Of a stretch of DNA of 64,000 nucleotides, positions 19,327-30,776 are shown piece after piece. Source of the DNA: SAR86 cluster bacterium SAR86E (GTDB taxonomy: Bacteria; Pseudomonadota; Gammaproteobacteria; Magnimaribacterales; D2472). The DNA is taken from contig AMWX01000001.1 in the NCBI GenBank assembly GCA_000307935.1, positions 329,899 through 393,898 of the forward strand. Direction: 5' to 3'. The translations under genes and the position numbers were made by a program. The notes under the pieces are model-generated. The model saw only the letters and a list, made by a program, of their open reading frames with translations, was not told the DNA's origin and ran no database searches. Position 1 is the first letter of the stretch; the number at the start of each line of letters is the position of its first letter.

Positions 19327-20004
19327 ATGGTAAAAAATAGTATGAAAATCTTTTCAGTAAAATCTGTACCAATTACAGCATGGAGTTCGAAAAAACCATT
19401 AAATTTCTCTCCTGAACCTCTGACTATTTTTATGCTTTGTATTGGCCTTGTTTTGTTTGGCCTGGGTGAATCTTTAATCATTACTGCCGCAATAGGAATG
19501 AGCCCATGGACAGTTTTAGCTGATGGTCTATCTGTTGTTACTGAATTAAGTATAGGAGCTCTAACCTTTTTAATCAGTCTTGCGGTGTTACTTTTATGGA
19601 TACCCTTGCGACAGAAGGCTGGCATTGGAACAATTTTAAATGTGGTTATCATTGCTGCAGTTATTGAATGGTCACTCCCCTATTTGCCCCATCCTGAGGA
19701 ATTTTTTCTTCAAATATTTCAGGCAATTATTGGCACTTTGATTGTCGGATTATCTAGTGGGTTATATTTAACATCCAATCTAGGACCAGGACCTAGAGAT
19801 GGACTAATGACAGGATTCCAAAGAGTTTCAGGTCTTCCAATTGCATTGGTAAGAGTTTTTCTGGAAATATCAGTGATTACAGTTGGTTGGCTGCTAGGTG
19901 GATCAATTGGAGTTGCAACGGTAATTTTTGCATTTGGAGTTGGTCCATCAGTATCTATGGGACTTTATTTCTTTCAATTTTTTCAAAAAAATACTAAAGA
20001 TTGA
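19327..20004 (+). CDS. YczE/YyaS/YitT family membrane protein
   Basis: GMSPW, GIGTILN and LGPGPRDGLM motifs. Confidence 0.87.
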   Translation: MVKNSMKIFSVKSVPITAWSSKKPLNFSPEPLTIFMLCIGLVLFGLGESLIITAAIGMSPWTVLADGLSVVTELSIGALTFLISLAVLLLWIPLRQKAGIGTILNVVIIAAVIEWSLPYLPHPEEFFLQIFQAIIGTLIVGLSSGLYLTSNLGPGPRDGLMTGFQRVSGLPIALVRVFLEISVITVGWLLGGSIGVATVIFAFGVGPSVSMGLYFFQFFQKNTKD

Positions 20005-20024
20005 AAGTGTCCTTTTAATTACTC

Positions 20025-20056
20025 AAAAAAAAGAGCGCTAAAAGCGCTCTTTTTTT
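20025..20056. terminator. Bidirectional intrinsic terminator
   Basis: A run-GAGCGCT-AAA-AGCGCTC-T run between convergent genes. Confidence 0.9.
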
Positions 20057-20068
20057 ATAAATAATAAC

Positions 20069-23059
20069 TTAATACTGAACTGATATATTTAAGAATATAT
20101 ATGTTCCAAGTGCATCGAAATAGCCTGGAAAAGTATTACCATTTCCTGGAGCTGTTCCTGCGCTAGATGTATAAACAGGGTCCTCATCAAATAAGTTACT
20201 AGCACCGATCGTAAAGTTAATATTCTCACTCCAAGAATATTTCACTGTAGCATCAACATATGTTTTTGCTTCAAAGTCGATATTATCACTATTCAATGTG
20301 TCTGTTTCACCAAGGTATCTTAGGCCAAGAACATAGTTGAAGTCACCTTTAGCTAGCTCAGCAGAGTAATTTCCTGAAAACTCAGGTGTAGGATTTTTAC
20401 CACATGAAGATCCATATTTACCTGCACATTCTAATTCTGGCTCACCAGGTAAAACAATCAAAGTATCAGTATCAACAATAGTCGAGATACCTTTAATATC
20501 AACAGGACCCAAACCAGTATTTAGTGTGTAGTCAAAGATAATATCAAAGCCTGAAGTATTAGTTTCAGCAACATTTGTATTAGTTGTGATGATTTGACCT
20601 GGAGAAACCCATAGACTTCCCATGATTGGATCACGCTCTATTAGGTCACAAAAGGTTGCAGCTCCTGTAGCAAGACATTTATCAATAGAAGTCTGTGCTG
20701 GAATCGTACCAATTCTATCCTCAACAGTGATATCAAAATAGTCCAATGAAAGAGTTAAACCTTCAACATTAGATGGAGTCCACACAACACCTAGTGTGGT
20801 TGAATCTGACTCTTCAGGTCTTAAATTTGGATTACCGCCTGTTAAAATATTGTATTGGTCTGCTGGTGATTTAAGATCTGAGCCATAATCGGCATCAGCA
20901 AGTCCAGTATTTCTACATTGCTCTAAGGTCGCAGTTGGGCCTTCACCACTTTCAGGATCAGTTCCACAAGGATCTGGATCAAGGTCAGTTAAGCTAGAGC
21001 CTTGTCCTCTATAAAGCTCTGTAATTGAACCATGTCTTGTAGCAGTTTGTAGTGTTCCACGCACAGATAGGTCATCATTAAGTTGATAATATGCACCTAA
21101 TTTGAATGAATCAGTATCTTGGTCTGTTGAATATTCAGCAAACCTCATGCCAACTTCTAAGTTTAACGCATCAGTAACTGGGACACCTAGCTCAACAAAA
21201 TACTCATCAACATCATAGCCACCAGCAAGCGCAACAATAGGACCACCTGCTCCTGTTCTGTCTGCTGCTTGGGCTGATGCATCAGGACGATAATCAGACT
21301 CTAGCTCTCTTGATTCATACCCAAAAACTGCGCTAATTGCATCTGGAGCACCAGGAATTGATACATTAGTTGTTCCTTCAACATAAGCTTGGAAGATAGT
21401 TTCACTTGAATCTCCGAGGATAAAGTTAGGTATCGCCATATATGTTTGAATGTCTGGATTTGCATCATGGATAGCTTGAACACCACCATCTCCTGGTAAA
21501 CCACCCGAGAATAAATTATATGGAATACAATCAGGGTCAGTTCCATCTAATACGGATACACAAGTAGGAACTCCTGCAACATTAATAACATTGGTGGCCC
21601 TTAGTAGCTTGGTAATAGAAAGATCATTTTGAATTTCTTCTGAATAATCTACTTGAGAAGTTTGGTAAGAGACATCGTATCTCCAATCATCATTGATATC
21701 ACCTCGCATCCCCAATGTAGCTGTAATGTTTTCATATTTTGTTGCATAAGTTCTTGGACCGCCTTCAACGTTTCTTTTTAAACTTCTTATTGGGGCAGCG
21801 TAAGCAATGATTGACTCGTCAGCAACCTGGCCATTTAAGGCTGAGATATATGCAAGAGCTTCAGCTCCAGTTGCAAAGTTAGGCGCATGGCTTCCGCCCA
21901 TGCCAGTCCAATTCCCACAAACAGCATTGTAGATTTGCTCAGAAAAATTAGCGTTATAACAAGGAACAGATCTTAAATCACCAAATGTTCCTGAATAAGC
22001 AATTTGGGATGGAGATTGATTTTTAGTGAATCTAACATCAGCATAAACTTCAGCTTTATCTGTAATACTATATTTGCTAAAGAAACCAGCGTTAATCTTG
22101 TCTTGCGGTCTTTGATAATGATTTGTTGGATTGTAGTTATAAAGTGTTCCTGCTCTGTCAACGTATTCATCACCAACAAGTTTATAGTCAAACCCAAAGT
22201 CAGATACCGCTGTATCAATTGGTGTGAATCCAGCTTTTTTATAACCAAAGTCGTACATACGACCTGCTGGGATAGTTGAAGAACCTCCACATTTTGCATC
22301 TCCACCACTAAGAGCACAAGCACCACCATCATAAGCGCCCTGCAGAATTGGATTAGTATTTACGTGCTCGATAAAACCAGTAATGTGCCCTTGGCCATCA
22401 TTAATAGAGCCACCAAAAGCAACGGATAACTTAAGTGAATCCCCTTCTGTGACGCTTGAGGGAGCTTTCTTGTATCCATACGAATCATGAAGCGCCCTTA
22501 ATTTCCCATTATCATTTTCATGATTGTAGAAAGAGTTGGTAGCACTTGCTTTAAAGCCTTCAAATGAATCATCTAATATAAAGTTAACCACACCAGCAAT
22601 CGCATCTGAGCCGTATACAGATGATGCTCCACCAGTTAATACTTCAACTCTTTTTAAAAGCAATGCTGGAACTTGAGATAAATCTGCGCAACTTCCACCA
22701 TTCACAGTTCCAGGTGCCATCCTTTTGCCGTTAATTAGTACAAGAGTTCTAGAACAACCTAGGTTTCTCAAGTTTGCTGTAGCTGTACCATTAGAGCCAT
22801 TAGCAGTTTGCGCTATTTGGCCTGGAGCAAGTTGAGGTAAGTCATTAAGAACTTCTTCAATTCTGACAGCTCCTCTATTCTCAATATCTGCCGCTGTAAC
22901 AACTTGAACTTGTGATGAGCTCACAATGTTTGGATTTGTTATACGAGAACCAGTAACAATTACCTCTTCAACATTTTCTTCTTCCTGAGCGATAGCAGAA
23001 GGAACTGAAAATGCAAATACGGCAAATGCACTCAATAAATATTTATTCAAATTTACCAT
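20069..23059 (-). CDS. TonB-dependent receptor
   Basis: Signal peptide, EEVIVTGSRI TonB box, RVEVLTGGASSVYGSDA plug, GNPNLRPE and terminal aromatic residue. Confidence 0.95.
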   Translation of the reverse strand: MVNLNKYLLSAFAVFAFSVPSAIAQEEENVEEVIVTGSRITNPNIVSSSQVQVVTAADIENRGAVRIEEVLNDLPQLAPGQIAQTANGSNGTATANLRNLGCSRTLVLINGKRMAPGTVNGGSCADLSQVPALLLKRVEVLTGGASSVYGSDAIAGVVNFILDDSFEGFKASATNSFYNHENDNGKLRALHDSYGYKKAPSSVTEGDSLKLSVAFGGSINDGQGHITGFIEHVNTNPILQGAYDGGACALSGGDAKCGGSSTIPAGRMYDFGYKKAGFTPIDTAVSDFGFDYKLVGDEYVDRAGTLYNYNPTNHYQRPQDKINAGFFSKYSITDKAEVYADVRFTKNQSPSQIAYSGTFGDLRSVPCYNANFSEQIYNAVCGNWTGMGGSHAPNFATGAEALAYISALNGQVADESIIAYAAPIRSLKRNVEGGPRTYATKYENITATLGMRGDINDDWRYDVSYQTSQVDYSEEIQNDLSITKLLRATNVINVAGVPTCVSVLDGTDPDCIPYNLFSGGLPGDGGVQAIHDANPDIQTYMAIPNFILGDSSETIFQAYVEGTTNVSIPGAPDAISAVFGYESRELESDYRPDASAQAADRTGAGGPIVALAGGYDVDEYFVELGVPVTDALNLEVGMRFAEYSTDQDTDSFKLGAYYQLNDDLSVRGTLQTATRHGSITELYRGQGSSLTDLDPDPCGTDPESGEGPTATLEQCRNTGLADADYGSDLKSPADQYNILTGGNPNLRPEESDSTTLGVVWTPSNVEGLTLSLDYFDITVEDRIGTIPAQTSIDKCLATGAATFCDLIERDPIMGSLWVSPGQIITTNTNVAETNTSGFDIIFDYTLNTGLGPVDIKGISTIVDTDTLIVLPGEPELECAGKYGSSCGKNPTPEFSGNYSAELAKGDFNYVLGLRYLGETDTLNSDNIDFEAKTYVDATVKYSWSENINFTIGASNLFDEDPVYTSSAGTAPGNGNTFPGYFDALGTYIFLNISVQY

Positions 23060-23365
23060 TTTAATAACTCCCTTTAGTTAAAATGTAATATCAACACTGT
23101 ATGTTATGATTTAAACATATTTTATGCAAATAAGCATATGCATAGCGAAGTAGGTTTACTATGTTAATTTTAGAAAAAACTAATTTAAGCTATCATTCAC
23201 ACCCCAAACAATAGGATAGAATTTTTAATTTTTTAAAATTTTTCTTTATCTCTATTAATTAAAACTGAAAACATACTTAATTAGTATTAATTAAGAAAAT
23301 TAATCCCAACTTATGTATTAATTTTTAGTAATATACTTACACTTAAAAATTCTAAATTAATAAAT

Positions 23366-24151
23366 ATGCTAAAAAATAAAAAGATTTTAATAGCCGGTCT
23401 TGCTAATAAGCACTCTATTGCAGCTGGTATTGCACAAGCCATGCATGAACAAGGAGCTCAACTTGCTTTTACATATCAAAGTGAAAGGCTCAAAAAGAAT
23501 GTAGAAAAGATAGCGGCTGAGCTTGGTTCAGATATGCTATTCGAATGCGATGTAGCCTCTGATGAAAGTATTAAAAGCATGTTTATAGAACTCTCATCAC
23601 ACTGGCCAACTTTTGATGGATTTGTTCACTCTATAGGCTTTGCCCCTGCAAATGAATTGGAGGGCAACTTTGTCGATGCCGCAACAAGAGAAGGGTTTCA
23701 AATTGCTCATGATATAAGCTCATACAGCTTTACGGCTATGGCTAAAGAAGCCAAGCCTATGCTTAATAAAGACTCTGCGTTGCTAACATTAACCTATCTT
23801 GGCTCGGTGCAATCTCTTCCCAACTACAATGTAATGGGTTTAGCAAAGGCTAGTTTGGAGGCAAATACTAGATTTCTTGCAGCCGCCATGGGTCCTGATG
23901 GGATAAGGGTGAATGCTATTTCTGCAGGTCCTATAAAAACCCTAGCTGCATCTGGTGTAAAGAATTTTAGAAAAATGCTGACTAATTATGCTAACAGAGC
24001 CCCTCTGCGAAGAGTTGTAACCACCAAAGAAGTTGGCAATGTAGCAGCTTTCTTATGCTCGGATTTAGCGAGCGGAGTAACTGGCGAAATCACCTATGTT
24101 GATGGGGGTTTTAATACAGCTGCAATGTCAATTGAGGAGTATGCTGATTAA
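23366..24151 (+). CDS. fabI: Enoyl-ACP reductase
   Basis: [26 protein letters not shown] and [11 protein letters not shown] motifs. Confidence 0.96.
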   Translation: MLKNKKILIAGLANKHSIAAGIAQAMHEQGAQLAFTYQSERLKKNVEKIAAELGSDMLFECDVASDESIKSMFIELSSHWPTFDGFVHSIGFAPANELEGNFVDAATREGFQIAHDISSYSFTAMAKEAKPMLNKDSALLTLTYLGSVQSLPNYNVMGLAKASLEANTRFLAAAMGPDGIRVNAISAGPIKTLAASGVKNFRKMLTNYANRAPLRRVVTTKEVGNVAAFLCSDLASGVTGEITYVDGGFNTAAMSIEEYAD

Positions 24152-24162
24152 CATTTGCGCTG

Positions 24163-26028
24163 CTATTCAGCACTAGCAAAGTTCTCTAACCTAACTCTTT
24201 GTCCTTGACTGATTGTATGATCTAGGAAACCTGAGAACTGACTTCCTAGTGATTCATTGTAAAATCCTTCATATCTATCTATAGCATCGCCCAACTCTTC
24301 AACGCCTGGAGTGACTTCGTTTGAAGATTTAATCCAATATAGATCTCCATTGGATGCCTCTGCAGAAACTAGAGAGCCAACTGCTAATTCAAAGACAGAA
24401 TTAATAACTTCTGAAGGCAGCAATGAAGAGAAACGCTGAACAGATTTATAATTTTCAAATGAAAAGCCGTCTTGAGATGGGATGGATAACTCACCTAGTA
24501 CCACTTTTTCAGCTTCACCACTGAAATTTGCAAGAATCTCATTGGCTTTTTCATTTCTAACTTCTGAGATTGCTTGCTCAGCAACTTCAACAAAATCTTG
24601 CACGGCAGGCTCTATAGCCTGAGTCATTGCGACAAATGCATAACTATCCTCACCTTCAAATATTTCAATTTGATTAGCTACAACTGATGGATTGAAAAGA
24701 TTTGCAATATTTAAAGTTGCAAAGTTGTTAAGTGTTGTTTCATTGACTGAGTTTAGACCGGTTACTTCAATGGGTCTATCGATAGTATTTGCTAGTTCAT
24801 TCAACGTGACACCTTCCAATACAAGTGTCTCAAGCTCTAAAAAATCATCTTGCAACAACGCCAAAGCTTCTGCATCTACTAATTCAGCAAGCAATTCTTT
24901 TTCAACAGATGCTTTGCTTTTTACTTCTGGCTGCAAGACCTCAGTTAATTTTAAAATATGAAATGAGTCTTCAAGCTCAATAATGGCACTCGTTTCATCT
25001 ACTTGCATAGATGTTAAGGTTTCTTCAAATTCATCGGGAAAAGCATCTCCTGATGAAAGGCCCAAATCACCCATAGAATCTTTTGATGCAAGATCCTCGC
25101 TTGATTCTGCAACAAGAGCCTCGAAGGTTATTTGATTTGCTTGTAAAGCTTTTTGAGCGCTTTCAATTTTTGCTCGTGCTTCATTTACATCATCATAATT
25201 AAATTTATCAATCATGTAATGGGAAATACGATTTTGCTTCTGCTGATCGATATTATTTAAGTAGTCAGCATATGCATCTTCTATAAAATTATCTGGGATT
25301 TCAACTTGCTCTTTGTAGGCATCGTATGACAATACCAAGTATGAAAAATCTCGTTTTTCTTCAGATAAAAATAAAAATGGATTTGCATTATAAAATGCTT
25401 CTGCCTCCTCCAAAGTAGCATCTTGAGCACCAACAACAACTTGTTTATCAACTTTAACAAAATCAATATCTCGAGATGTTTCTAACAGTGACGCTAACTT
25501 GGTGAGGTCAGATCTAATTGGAAAAGCTACCGCACTCATTGCTCCCAATAATCTATCAAGCGCAATGCTGTCTTGAACAAGTGCAAAATACTCATCAGGA
25601 GTCCAACCATTTGATCTAATGGTGCTTTCAAATAAATTTTGATCAAAGCCCTGCTCACCCTGAAACATTTCTAAATTAATAATTTCTTTTTTAGCCTCTT
25701 TAATCGAAACACTTAACCCTAAGTCCTTTGCTTTAGAGAGAAGTGTTTTCTGGTTAATGATTTCATTTTTAATCAATTCTATGGAAACACTCTCCTCTAA
25801 ATCATCTAAATTAAATTCCTCACCATATACAGATTGCAGTCTTTGATTAACCTGACTTGATGCAAGATTAATATCTTTCTGGGTAACCGGCTCACCATTA
25901 ACAGATCCAAATGACGAAAAGGTTGTTCCAAATGAAGTTGACCCAAAAAATATGAATGGGATCGCAAGCAAAATTGCTATTACAATTACCCTTTTTCCGG
26001 ATAGAAAGTTTCTAAGAAGCTCTAACAT
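24163..26028 (-). CDS. ppiD: Periplasmic folding chaperone PpiD
   Basis: N-terminal TM, SurA-N domain, parvulin-like SEDLASK..GDLG; located after hupB. Confidence 0.85.
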   Translation of the reverse strand: MLELLRNFLSGKRVIVIAILLAIPFIFFGSTSFGTTFSSFGSVNGEPVTQKDINLASSQVNQRLQSVYGEEFNLDDLEESVSIELIKNEIINQKTLLSKAKDLGLSVSIKEAKKEIINLEMFQGEQGFDQNLFESTIRSNGWTPDEYFALVQDSIALDRLLGAMSAVAFPIRSDLTKLASLLETSRDIDFVKVDKQVVVGAQDATLEEAEAFYNANPFLFLSEEKRDFSYLVLSYDAYKEQVEIPDNFIEDAYADYLNNIDQQKQNRISHYMIDKFNYDDVNEARAKIESAQKALQANQITFEALVAESSEDLASKDSMGDLGLSSGDAFPDEFEETLTSMQVDETSAIIELEDSFHILKLTEVLQPEVKSKASVEKELLAELVDAEALALLQDDFLELETLVLEGVTLNELANTIDRPIEVTGLNSVNETTLNNFATLNIANLFNPSVVANQIEIFEGEDSYAFVAMTQAIEPAVQDFVEVAEQAISEVRNEKANEILANFSGEAEKVVLGELSIPSQDGFSFENYKSVQRFSSLLPSEVINSVFELAVGSLVSAEASNGDLYWIKSSNEVTPGVEELGDAIDRYEGFYNESLGSQFSGFLDHTISQGQRVRLENFASAE

Positions 26029-26065
26029 ATGAAATTCACCTTTTTAAAAGCTAACAATGATACAT

Positions 26066-26095
26066 AAAAAAAGGGTGCAAATGCACCCTTTTTTT
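26066..26095. terminator. Intrinsic terminator after hupB
   Basis: A run-GGGTGCA-AA-TGCACCC-T run. Confidence 0.88.
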
Positions 26096-26119
26096 AAAGA
26101 CTTAAAAATCTACAAAAAG

Positions 26120-26398
26120 TTAAGAGTTCTTAACTTTATCCTTTAGACCTTTTCCAGCTTTAAAGCCAGGAACTTTTGATGCAGCAATATGCATTGAAGC
26201 ACCTGTTTGCGGGTTTCTACCTTCTCTAGCAGCTCTATGTCTGACTGAAAAAGTTCCAAAACCAACAAGCGAAACTGTATCCCCTTTGCCTAAAGCGTCG
26301 CCGATTGAATCTAATACCGCATCAACAGCTCTTCCAGCTGAAGCCTTGGTTACGTCTGCTGATGAAGCTACTGCATCTACTAAGTCTGATTTATTCAT
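26120..26398 (-). CDS. hupB: DNA-binding protein HU
   Basis: MNKSDL, LVGFGTF and GRNPQTG motifs; follows lon. Confidence 0.95.
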   Translation of the reverse strand: MNKSDLVDAVASSADVTKASAGRAVDAVLDSIGDALGKGDTVSLVGFGTFSVRHRAAREGRNPQTGASMHIAASKVPGFKAGKGLKDKVKNS

Positions 26399-26478
26399 TT
26401 AATTCTCCTCTGGTTAAATAATGTACCTAGGCCTATCAAAAGCCATCACAGGGGAAATGTCAAGCATTAAAAGCTTAT

Positions 26479-28890
26479 CTAATGGGGCTTTGAAGCAGTT
26501 GATCGAGATCTTGTAGATTTATTTTTTGAAATATTTTTAGAAACTCTCTTTTTTTTTGCTGGCTTGGGTTCAGATGAAAGTGCTTGGGCAATAACTTCAT
26601 CAACCCATCTCACAGGAATAATTTCTAATGCATGAGTAATTTGTGAAGGAATCTCTCTTAAGTCTGCTTCGTTATCTGCTGGTATTATAACCCTCTTTAT
26701 TCCCCCTCTTTTAGCCGCAAGAAGTTTTTCTTTCAACCCTCCGATTTTTAGGACTTGGCCATGTAGAGTGATTTCTCCAGTCATGGCAGTGTCAGAGCGA
26801 ACAGGGATGCCTGTGAATACAGAAATTAAAGCTGTACACATACCAACCCCAGCGCTAGGCCCATCTTTTGGTGTTGCGCCTTCCGGAACATGAATATGAA
26901 CGTCGAATTTCTCATAAAAATCTTGAGAAATTCCAAGCTTTTCAGAACGAGATCTAACAACTGTTAATGCAGCTTGAATAGATTCCTGCATAACATCACC
27001 AAGAGAACCCGTTTTGATGACCCTCCCTTTACCAGGCACATAAGAAGATTCTATTGTAAGTAATTCTCCGCCAACTTCAGTCCAAGCAAGACCGGAGACC
27101 TTACCAACAATATCCTCAAGATCAGCCTCTCCGAATTTAAATTTAGGCACACCACAATATTTTTCTAGGTTTTTTGGAGTAATATTGATTGTAGATTTTA
27201 ATTTTTTAGGATCCGCTAACACTCTTTCTTTAACAGATTTTCTAAAGATCTTAGCTATCTGTCTTTCAAGCCCTCTTACCCCAGCTTCTCTTGTATAGTG
27301 TCTTACAATATCAAGAATAGATTTATCGCTTAATTTAACTTCATTTTCATTAAGACCATTTCTTTCCAGCTGTTTTGGAATCAGGTATTGTTTTGCAATA
27401 TTCAGCTTTTCATCTTCAATGTAGCCTGGGATCCTAATAATCTCCATACGATCTAGCAATGGGCCTGGTATGTTTAAACTGTTAGCAGTGCAAACAAACA
27501 TGACTTCTGATAAGTCGAAGTCAACTTCTAGATAATGATCTGAGAATGTATTGTTTTGCTCTGGATCAAGCACCTCAAGCAATGCTGAAGCTGGGTCACC
27601 TCTGTGATCCATGCCCATTTTATCAATTTCATCCAGTAAAAATAATGGATTCTTAACTTCAACTTTTGATAGTTTTTGTACTATTTTACCCGGCATTGAG
27701 CCTATATAAGTTCTTCGATGCCCTCGTATCTCTGCCTCGTCTCTTACGCCACCAAGGGACATGCGGGCAAACTTTCTGTTGGTAGCTCGAGCAATAGACT
27801 TACCTAATGAGGTTTTTCCAACTCCCGGAGGACCAACCAAACAGAGAACAGGAGCTTTTAATTTCTTAACTCTTTGCTGGACTGCAAGATACTCTAATAT
27901 TCTCTCTTTAACTTCATCTAAACCAAAATGGTCTTCATTAAGAATATCTATTGCTGATTTCAAATCAGTTTTGACTTTACTACGCTTTTTCCAAGGTATT
28001 CCAGTAAGCCAGTCTAAATATGATCGAACGACCGATGCTTCAGCCGACATTGGCGACATTTGCTTGAATTTATTAAACTCGTTTTTAGCTTTCTTTAAAG
28101 CTTCCTTAGACATGCCAGCTTTTTCAATATCTCCCTCAAGCTGAGAAATTTCATCACCCTCTTCGCTAATATCACCAAGCTCTTTCTGGGCAGCTTTAAT
28201 TTGCTCATTTAAATAGTATTCTCTTTGAGATTTCTCCATCTGGCCTTTGACACGATTCCTAATTCTTTTGTCAACATCCATCACATCGAGCTGTGAATCT
28301 ATAAAACTAATTAAAATTTCTGCTCTTAGCTGAAAATCTGTTGTTTCAAGTATTTCTTGCTTTTGTTTTATTTCGATAGGCAAATGACCTGCTATAGAAT
28401 CAATGATTCTAGAAACATCATCCAAAGCATCAATAGAAGCTAAAACCTCAGGTGCAATCTTTTTAGTAATTTTAATGAAATCATGAAATTTACCCTTAAC
28501 AAAATTTGCTAGATTCTTACCATCGCTTTCACTCATGGATATATCTGGTATTAAGCTGACTCTAACTTTTGAATAGTCAGTATCAGACTCTAGTGATTCC
28601 ATCTGAGCTCTATGTGCGCCTTCAACCAAAACTTTTACAGTTCCATCGGGTAGCTTAATTAGCTGAAGGATATTAGCTATGGTTGCAACTTTATAAAGAT
28701 CGCCAAATAGCGGAGCATCAAGCGATCCATCTTTTTGCGCAACAAGGAGAATTTTCTTCTCGCCAGACATAGCTGCGTTTAAAGCTTTGATAGATTTATT
28801 TCTTCCTACAAAAAGAGTAGAAACAACACCCGGGAAGACTACTACATCTCTAAGGGGAATAAGTGGAAGATCATATTTAATGTTAGCCAT
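26479..28890 (-). CDS. lon: Lon protease
   Basis: GPPGVGKTS Walker A, PKDGPSAG catalytic Ser, IGGLKEK. Confidence 0.97.
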   Translation of the reverse strand: MANIKYDLPLIPLRDVVVFPGVVSTLFVGRNKSIKALNAAMSGEKKILLVAQKDGSLDAPLFGDLYKVATIANILQLIKLPDGTVKVLVEGAHRAQMESLESDTDYSKVRVSLIPDISMSESDGKNLANFVKGKFHDFIKITKKIAPEVLASIDALDDVSRIIDSIAGHLPIEIKQKQEILETTDFQLRAEILISFIDSQLDVMDVDKRIRNRVKGQMEKSQREYYLNEQIKAAQKELGDISEEGDEISQLEGDIEKAGMSKEALKKAKNEFNKFKQMSPMSAEASVVRSYLDWLTGIPWKKRSKVKTDLKSAIDILNEDHFGLDEVKERILEYLAVQQRVKKLKAPVLCLVGPPGVGKTSLGKSIARATNRKFARMSLGGVRDEAEIRGHRRTYIGSMPGKIVQKLSKVEVKNPLFLLDEIDKMGMDHRGDPASALLEVLDPEQNNTFSDHYLEVDFDLSEVMFVCTANSLNIPGPLLDRMEIIRIPGYIEDEKLNIAKQYLIPKQLERNGLNENEVKLSDKSILDIVRHYTREAGVRGLERQIAKIFRKSVKERVLADPKKLKSTINITPKNLEKYCGVPKFKFGEADLEDIVGKVSGLAWTEVGGELLTIESSYVPGKGRVIKTGSLGDVMQESIQAALTVVRSRSEKLGISQDFYEKFDVHIHVPEGATPKDGPSAGVGMCTALISVFTGIPVRSDTAMTGEITLHGQVLKIGGLKEKLLAAKRGGIKRVIIPADNEADLREIPSQITHALEIIPVRWVDEVIAQALSSEPKPAKKKRVSKNISKNKSTRSRSTASKPH

Positions 28891-28897
28891 ATAAATA

Positions 28898-28925
28898 TAA
28901 TGAGGGGTATTTGTTTAATTTCAAC
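28898..28925 (-). promoter_or_regulatory. Sigma32-like promoter of lon
   Basis: GTTGAA-N14-CCTCATTA on the minus strand, just upstream of lon. Confidence 0.5.
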
Positions 28926-30168
28926 CAGCTGATGAAGATTTTTTCTTAGCTGATTTATAAACTTTTATTGGATCGGTTGCGTGCAGGACAGCATTCTCAT
29001 CAACAATAACTTTTTCAAGATCAACATTTGGCAATTCAAACATTGTATCCATCAATAATTCTTCCATAATCGATCTAAGACCTCTTGCGCCGGTTTTCCT
29101 TTGTAAGGCTTTTTTTGCAATTTCAACAAGGGCTTCTGTCCTAAAATCTAATTCAACATCATCTATATTAAACAAATACTTATATTGGTTAACCAATGCA
29201 TTTTTGGGTTCTTGAAGGATGCGAACAAGCGCACTTTCATCAAGCTCATGCAGGGTCGATATAACTGGAAGTCTCCCTACAAACTCTGGTATTAAACCAA
29301 ACTTCACTAAATCTTCTGGTTCCAATGTCTCAATAATCTTTTGCGAAGTAGATTGAGTGTCCTTAACTGATGCCCCAAAACCGATACCAGATTTGTCTGT
29401 ACGATGCTTGATAACCTCATCAATTCCTGAAAAGGCTCCACCGCATATGAATAGAATATTTGAAGTATCGATCTGAATAAATTCCTGTTGAGGATGTTTT
29501 CTTCCTCCCTGTGGTGGAATTGATGCAACTGTGCCCTCAATCAGCTTCAGCAAAGCCTGCTGAACTCCTTCACCCGAGACATCTCTTGTAATAGATGGGT
29601 TGTCTGACTTTCGAGCGATTTTATCAATTTCATCTATATACACTATTCCAAGTGCAGCTTTATCAGCATCATAGTCACATTTTTGCAATAATTTTTGGAT
29701 GATATTTTCAACATCTTCACCCACGTAGCCTGCTTCAGTAAGAGTGGTGGCATCAGCAATGGTAAATGGAACATTTAATACTCTTGCAAGCGTTTGGGCT
29801 AAAAGGGTTTTTCCACTTCCAGTCGGCCCTAAGAGGAGCACATTGCTCTTTTGCAACTCGATATCATCTTTTTTGGCGTTGGATCTTAGTCTTTTGTAAT
29901 GGTTGTAAACTGCAACAGAAAGGGTTTTCTTAGCTTTTTCTTGGCCAATAACGTAGTCATCTAGCTGATTGAAAATCTCTAAGGGTGATGGAAGTTCATC
30001 AAGCACCTCTTCGTCATCTGTTTTAACTTCCTCTTCAATAATATCGTTACATAAATCAACACACTCATCACAGATATAAACACTAGGTCCGGCAATGAGC
30101 TTTCGAACATCTTCTTGGCCTTTTCCACAGAAGGTACAGGTAAGTTTTGTATTGTCTTTATTTTCCAT
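28921..30168 (-). CDS. clpX: ClpX ATPase
   Basis: CTFC..CDEC Zn finger, GPTGSGKT and [12 protein letters not shown]. Confidence 0.97.
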   Translation of the reverse strand: MENKDNTKLTCTFCGKGQEDVRKLIAGPSVYICDECVDLCNDIIEEEVKTDDEEVLDELPSPLEIFNQLDDYVIGQEKAKKTLSVAVYNHYKRLRSNAKKDDIELQKSNVLLLGPTGSGKTLLAQTLARVLNVPFTIADATTLTEAGYVGEDVENIIQKLLQKCDYDADKAALGIVYIDEIDKIARKSDNPSITRDVSGEGVQQALLKLIEGTVASIPPQGGRKHPQQEFIQIDTSNILFICGGAFSGIDEVIKHRTDKSGIGFGASVKDTQSTSQKIIETLEPEDLVKFGLIPEFVGRLPVISTLHELDESALVRILQEPKNALVNQYKYLFNIDDVELDFRTEALVEIAKKALQRKTGARGLRSIMEELLMDTMFELPNVDLEKVIVDENAVLHATDPIKVYKSAKKKSSSAG

Positions 30169-30772
30169 TCGTATCTGGTCTGCTCTCTAGTATTTCATCG
30201 ATTATGCCATATGATTTTGCTTCTTTAGCGTTCAAGAAATTATCCCTATCTGTATCTTGCTCAACCTTTTTGAGTGTCTTGCCCGTGTGCTTTGATAGGA
30301 TCTCATTAACTTTTTGTTTAACCAGCAGCATTTCTTTGGCATGTATTTCAAAATCTGAAGCCTGCCCTTGAAACCCACCTAAAGGTTGATGAATCATGAT
30401 TCTAGAATTAGTTAGTGCAAATCTTTTGCCTTTTGCTCCGCCAGCCAATAAAAGAGAACCCATGCTTGCAGCCTGGCCTATACATAATGTAGAAACCTCT
30501 GGGGCAATAAACTGCATGGTGTCATAGATTGCTAAGCCTGAGGAAATAACCCCTCCAGGTGAATTAATATAAATACTTATATCTTTTTCAGGATTTTCAG
30601 ATTCTAAGAATAATAATTGAGCAACAACAAGGTTGGAGATGTAATCATCTATTGGCCCAGAAAGAAATATAATTCTCTCTTTGAGAAGGCGTGAATATAT
30701 ATCGAATGCGCGCTCACCCCTAGGTGTTTGCTCAACAACCATTGGGACTAAACCAGAATTTACTTGTTCCAT
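30158..30772 (-). CDS. clpP: ClpP peptidase
   Basis: [23 protein letters not shown] and MIHQP motifs. Confidence 0.97.
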   Translation of the reverse strand: MEQVNSGLVPMVVEQTPRGERAFDIYSRLLKERIIFLSGPIDDYISNLVVAQLLFLESENPEKDISIYINSPGGVISSGLAIYDTMQFIAPEVSTLCIGQAASMGSLLLAGGAKGKRFALTNSRIMIHQPLGGFQGQASDFEIHAKEMLLVKQKVNEILSKHTGKTLKKVEQDTDRDNFLNAKEAKSYGIIDEILESRPDTNGK

Positions 30773-30776
30773 AATT

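Noticed and set aside
23276..23295. Palindrome CTTAATTA-GTAT-TAATTAAG in the TBDR/fabI intergenic region
   Set aside because: Nearly all A/T in an extremely AT-rich gap, so likely by chance
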